Source: Marsupella aquatica (Eukaryota; Plantae; Marchantiophyta). From it: a stretch of 64,000 bases of DNA. Positions 63,033 through 64,000 of the stretch are shown here, in pieces. The notes under the pieces were generated by a model. The model saw only the letters and a program-made list of their open reading frames with translations. It was not told the origin of the DNA and did no database searches. Every line of letters begins with the position of its first letter. Within the stretch, counting starts at the first letter, position 1. The stretch covers positions 23,941,971 through 24,005,970 of the forward strand of contig OZ316892.1 in the NCBI GenBank assembly GCA_973895155.1, in the 5' to 3' direction. Position numbers and translations under genes: made by a program.

Positions 63033-63427
63033 TTACCACCATCTTTCCCCAAACACAGCGCTCGGGAGTTTATTCAAAAATAAAATTTTTTTAGGTCTCC
63101 ATAAGATAAATATTTTTTCTTCAAACACAGTGCCCGGCGTTGTGTTCAAATTTTGGTGTTGTGTTTGAGTTCGACACTCTCGAGATTTGACCCTAAACTG
63201 TTATACATTGAGCACAAGTAATAAAAAATTCAAGAATCATGTGCGAATGCAAATTTACATTCAAACACAAGGTCAATATTCAAACATAATGCCCATTTTC
63301 AAACACAAATCCTGAAAATACAAAAAAAATGAAAACACATTGATAGTCAAAACTTGAATCCAACACCCCATGGCCCACTATTCGAATACAAGGCCATGAC
63401 ATTATGTTTGGATGAAAACGGTAGTAT
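63033..63427. mobile_element. Degenerate MITE-like element with internal caaacac repeats
   Basis: Imperfect inverted ends taccaccatctttccccaaacaca / tatgtttggatgaaaacggtagta; related to 38140-38425. Confidence 0.45.
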
Positions 63428-64000
63428 TTCATTAGCCTCTTTTAGGACTCAATCTTGCTGTTCACTGGTGGTTTGTTGCCTCAGAAACCATTTTCTTTTA
63501 AAAAATCATCATAACATATGTTCGTTGACCTGATTTTCTCCCTTGGGAATGTAATTTATTTATTTATTACTGAAACAAAGGGCCTTCCTTCGCCCAAAAT
63601 AGCTTTCCTTTCCGTGCATAGTTTTGGGAGTCACCTTCCTGCCAAACATGGAAAAAACACAAACAATTTAAAAAGGTCCAAGTGAAGGAAGTTGATGCTC
63701 GGACGGATCAACACAATGAACATGTCTGCATTGAAAGGAAATGTGCAAAGTGAGTCAAAAGTATTGTACAGTGGTCCATCCAAGCTTCCTGTCAAACATT
63801 GTGCAGGTCTATTGGAGATGTTTAAAGGGAGCCTGAACCTACTAGCTCAGTTTTTGGAAACAATCCCTCCCATATTAACCTAGTGGATGTATATAAAGTC
63901 CAGATATATGAAACTTTTGTAGAAATGGCATAAGAAATCCCAAGGACTACAGTTTTCAATAGATATGTATATTTTTTGAGTGGGGTATTTTTTTAAGGTG

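Overview
Eukaryotic land-plant DNA with spliceosomal introns, probably from a non-seed plant such as a liverwort or other bryophyte (inferred from gene style and divergence, not proven). Host genes: the 3' end of a PIRL-type LRR gene, a JTB-like membrane protein, a 5-exon TMEM256/DUF423 gene, a 3-exon 2OG-Fe(II) dioxygenase, a 7-exon OPT transporter with a long N-terminal extension, and a 2-exon NiCoT/RcnA-like membrane protein. These sit among many tandem repeats and MITEs. A decayed Ty1/Copia element (about 20.6-37.9 kb) is split inside gag by an 11,850-bp DNA transposon (23259-35108) with perfect 20-bp CACTA-starting TIRs and a 2-bp (AT) target-site duplication. This transposon is the main candidate for an undescribed system. 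It carries two divergent genes. One is a Sola1/DUF7869-like DDE transposase preceded by three Tnp1/En/Spm-like repeats, rather than a canonical plant CACTA TnpD. The other is a spliced gene of about 1,325 codons encoding a ParB/Srx-like domain fused to a beta-class N6A/N4C DNA amino-methyltransferase-like domain, with 14 copies of a 21-bp palindrome confined to its introns. All domain calls come from reading motifs by eye; no database search was run.
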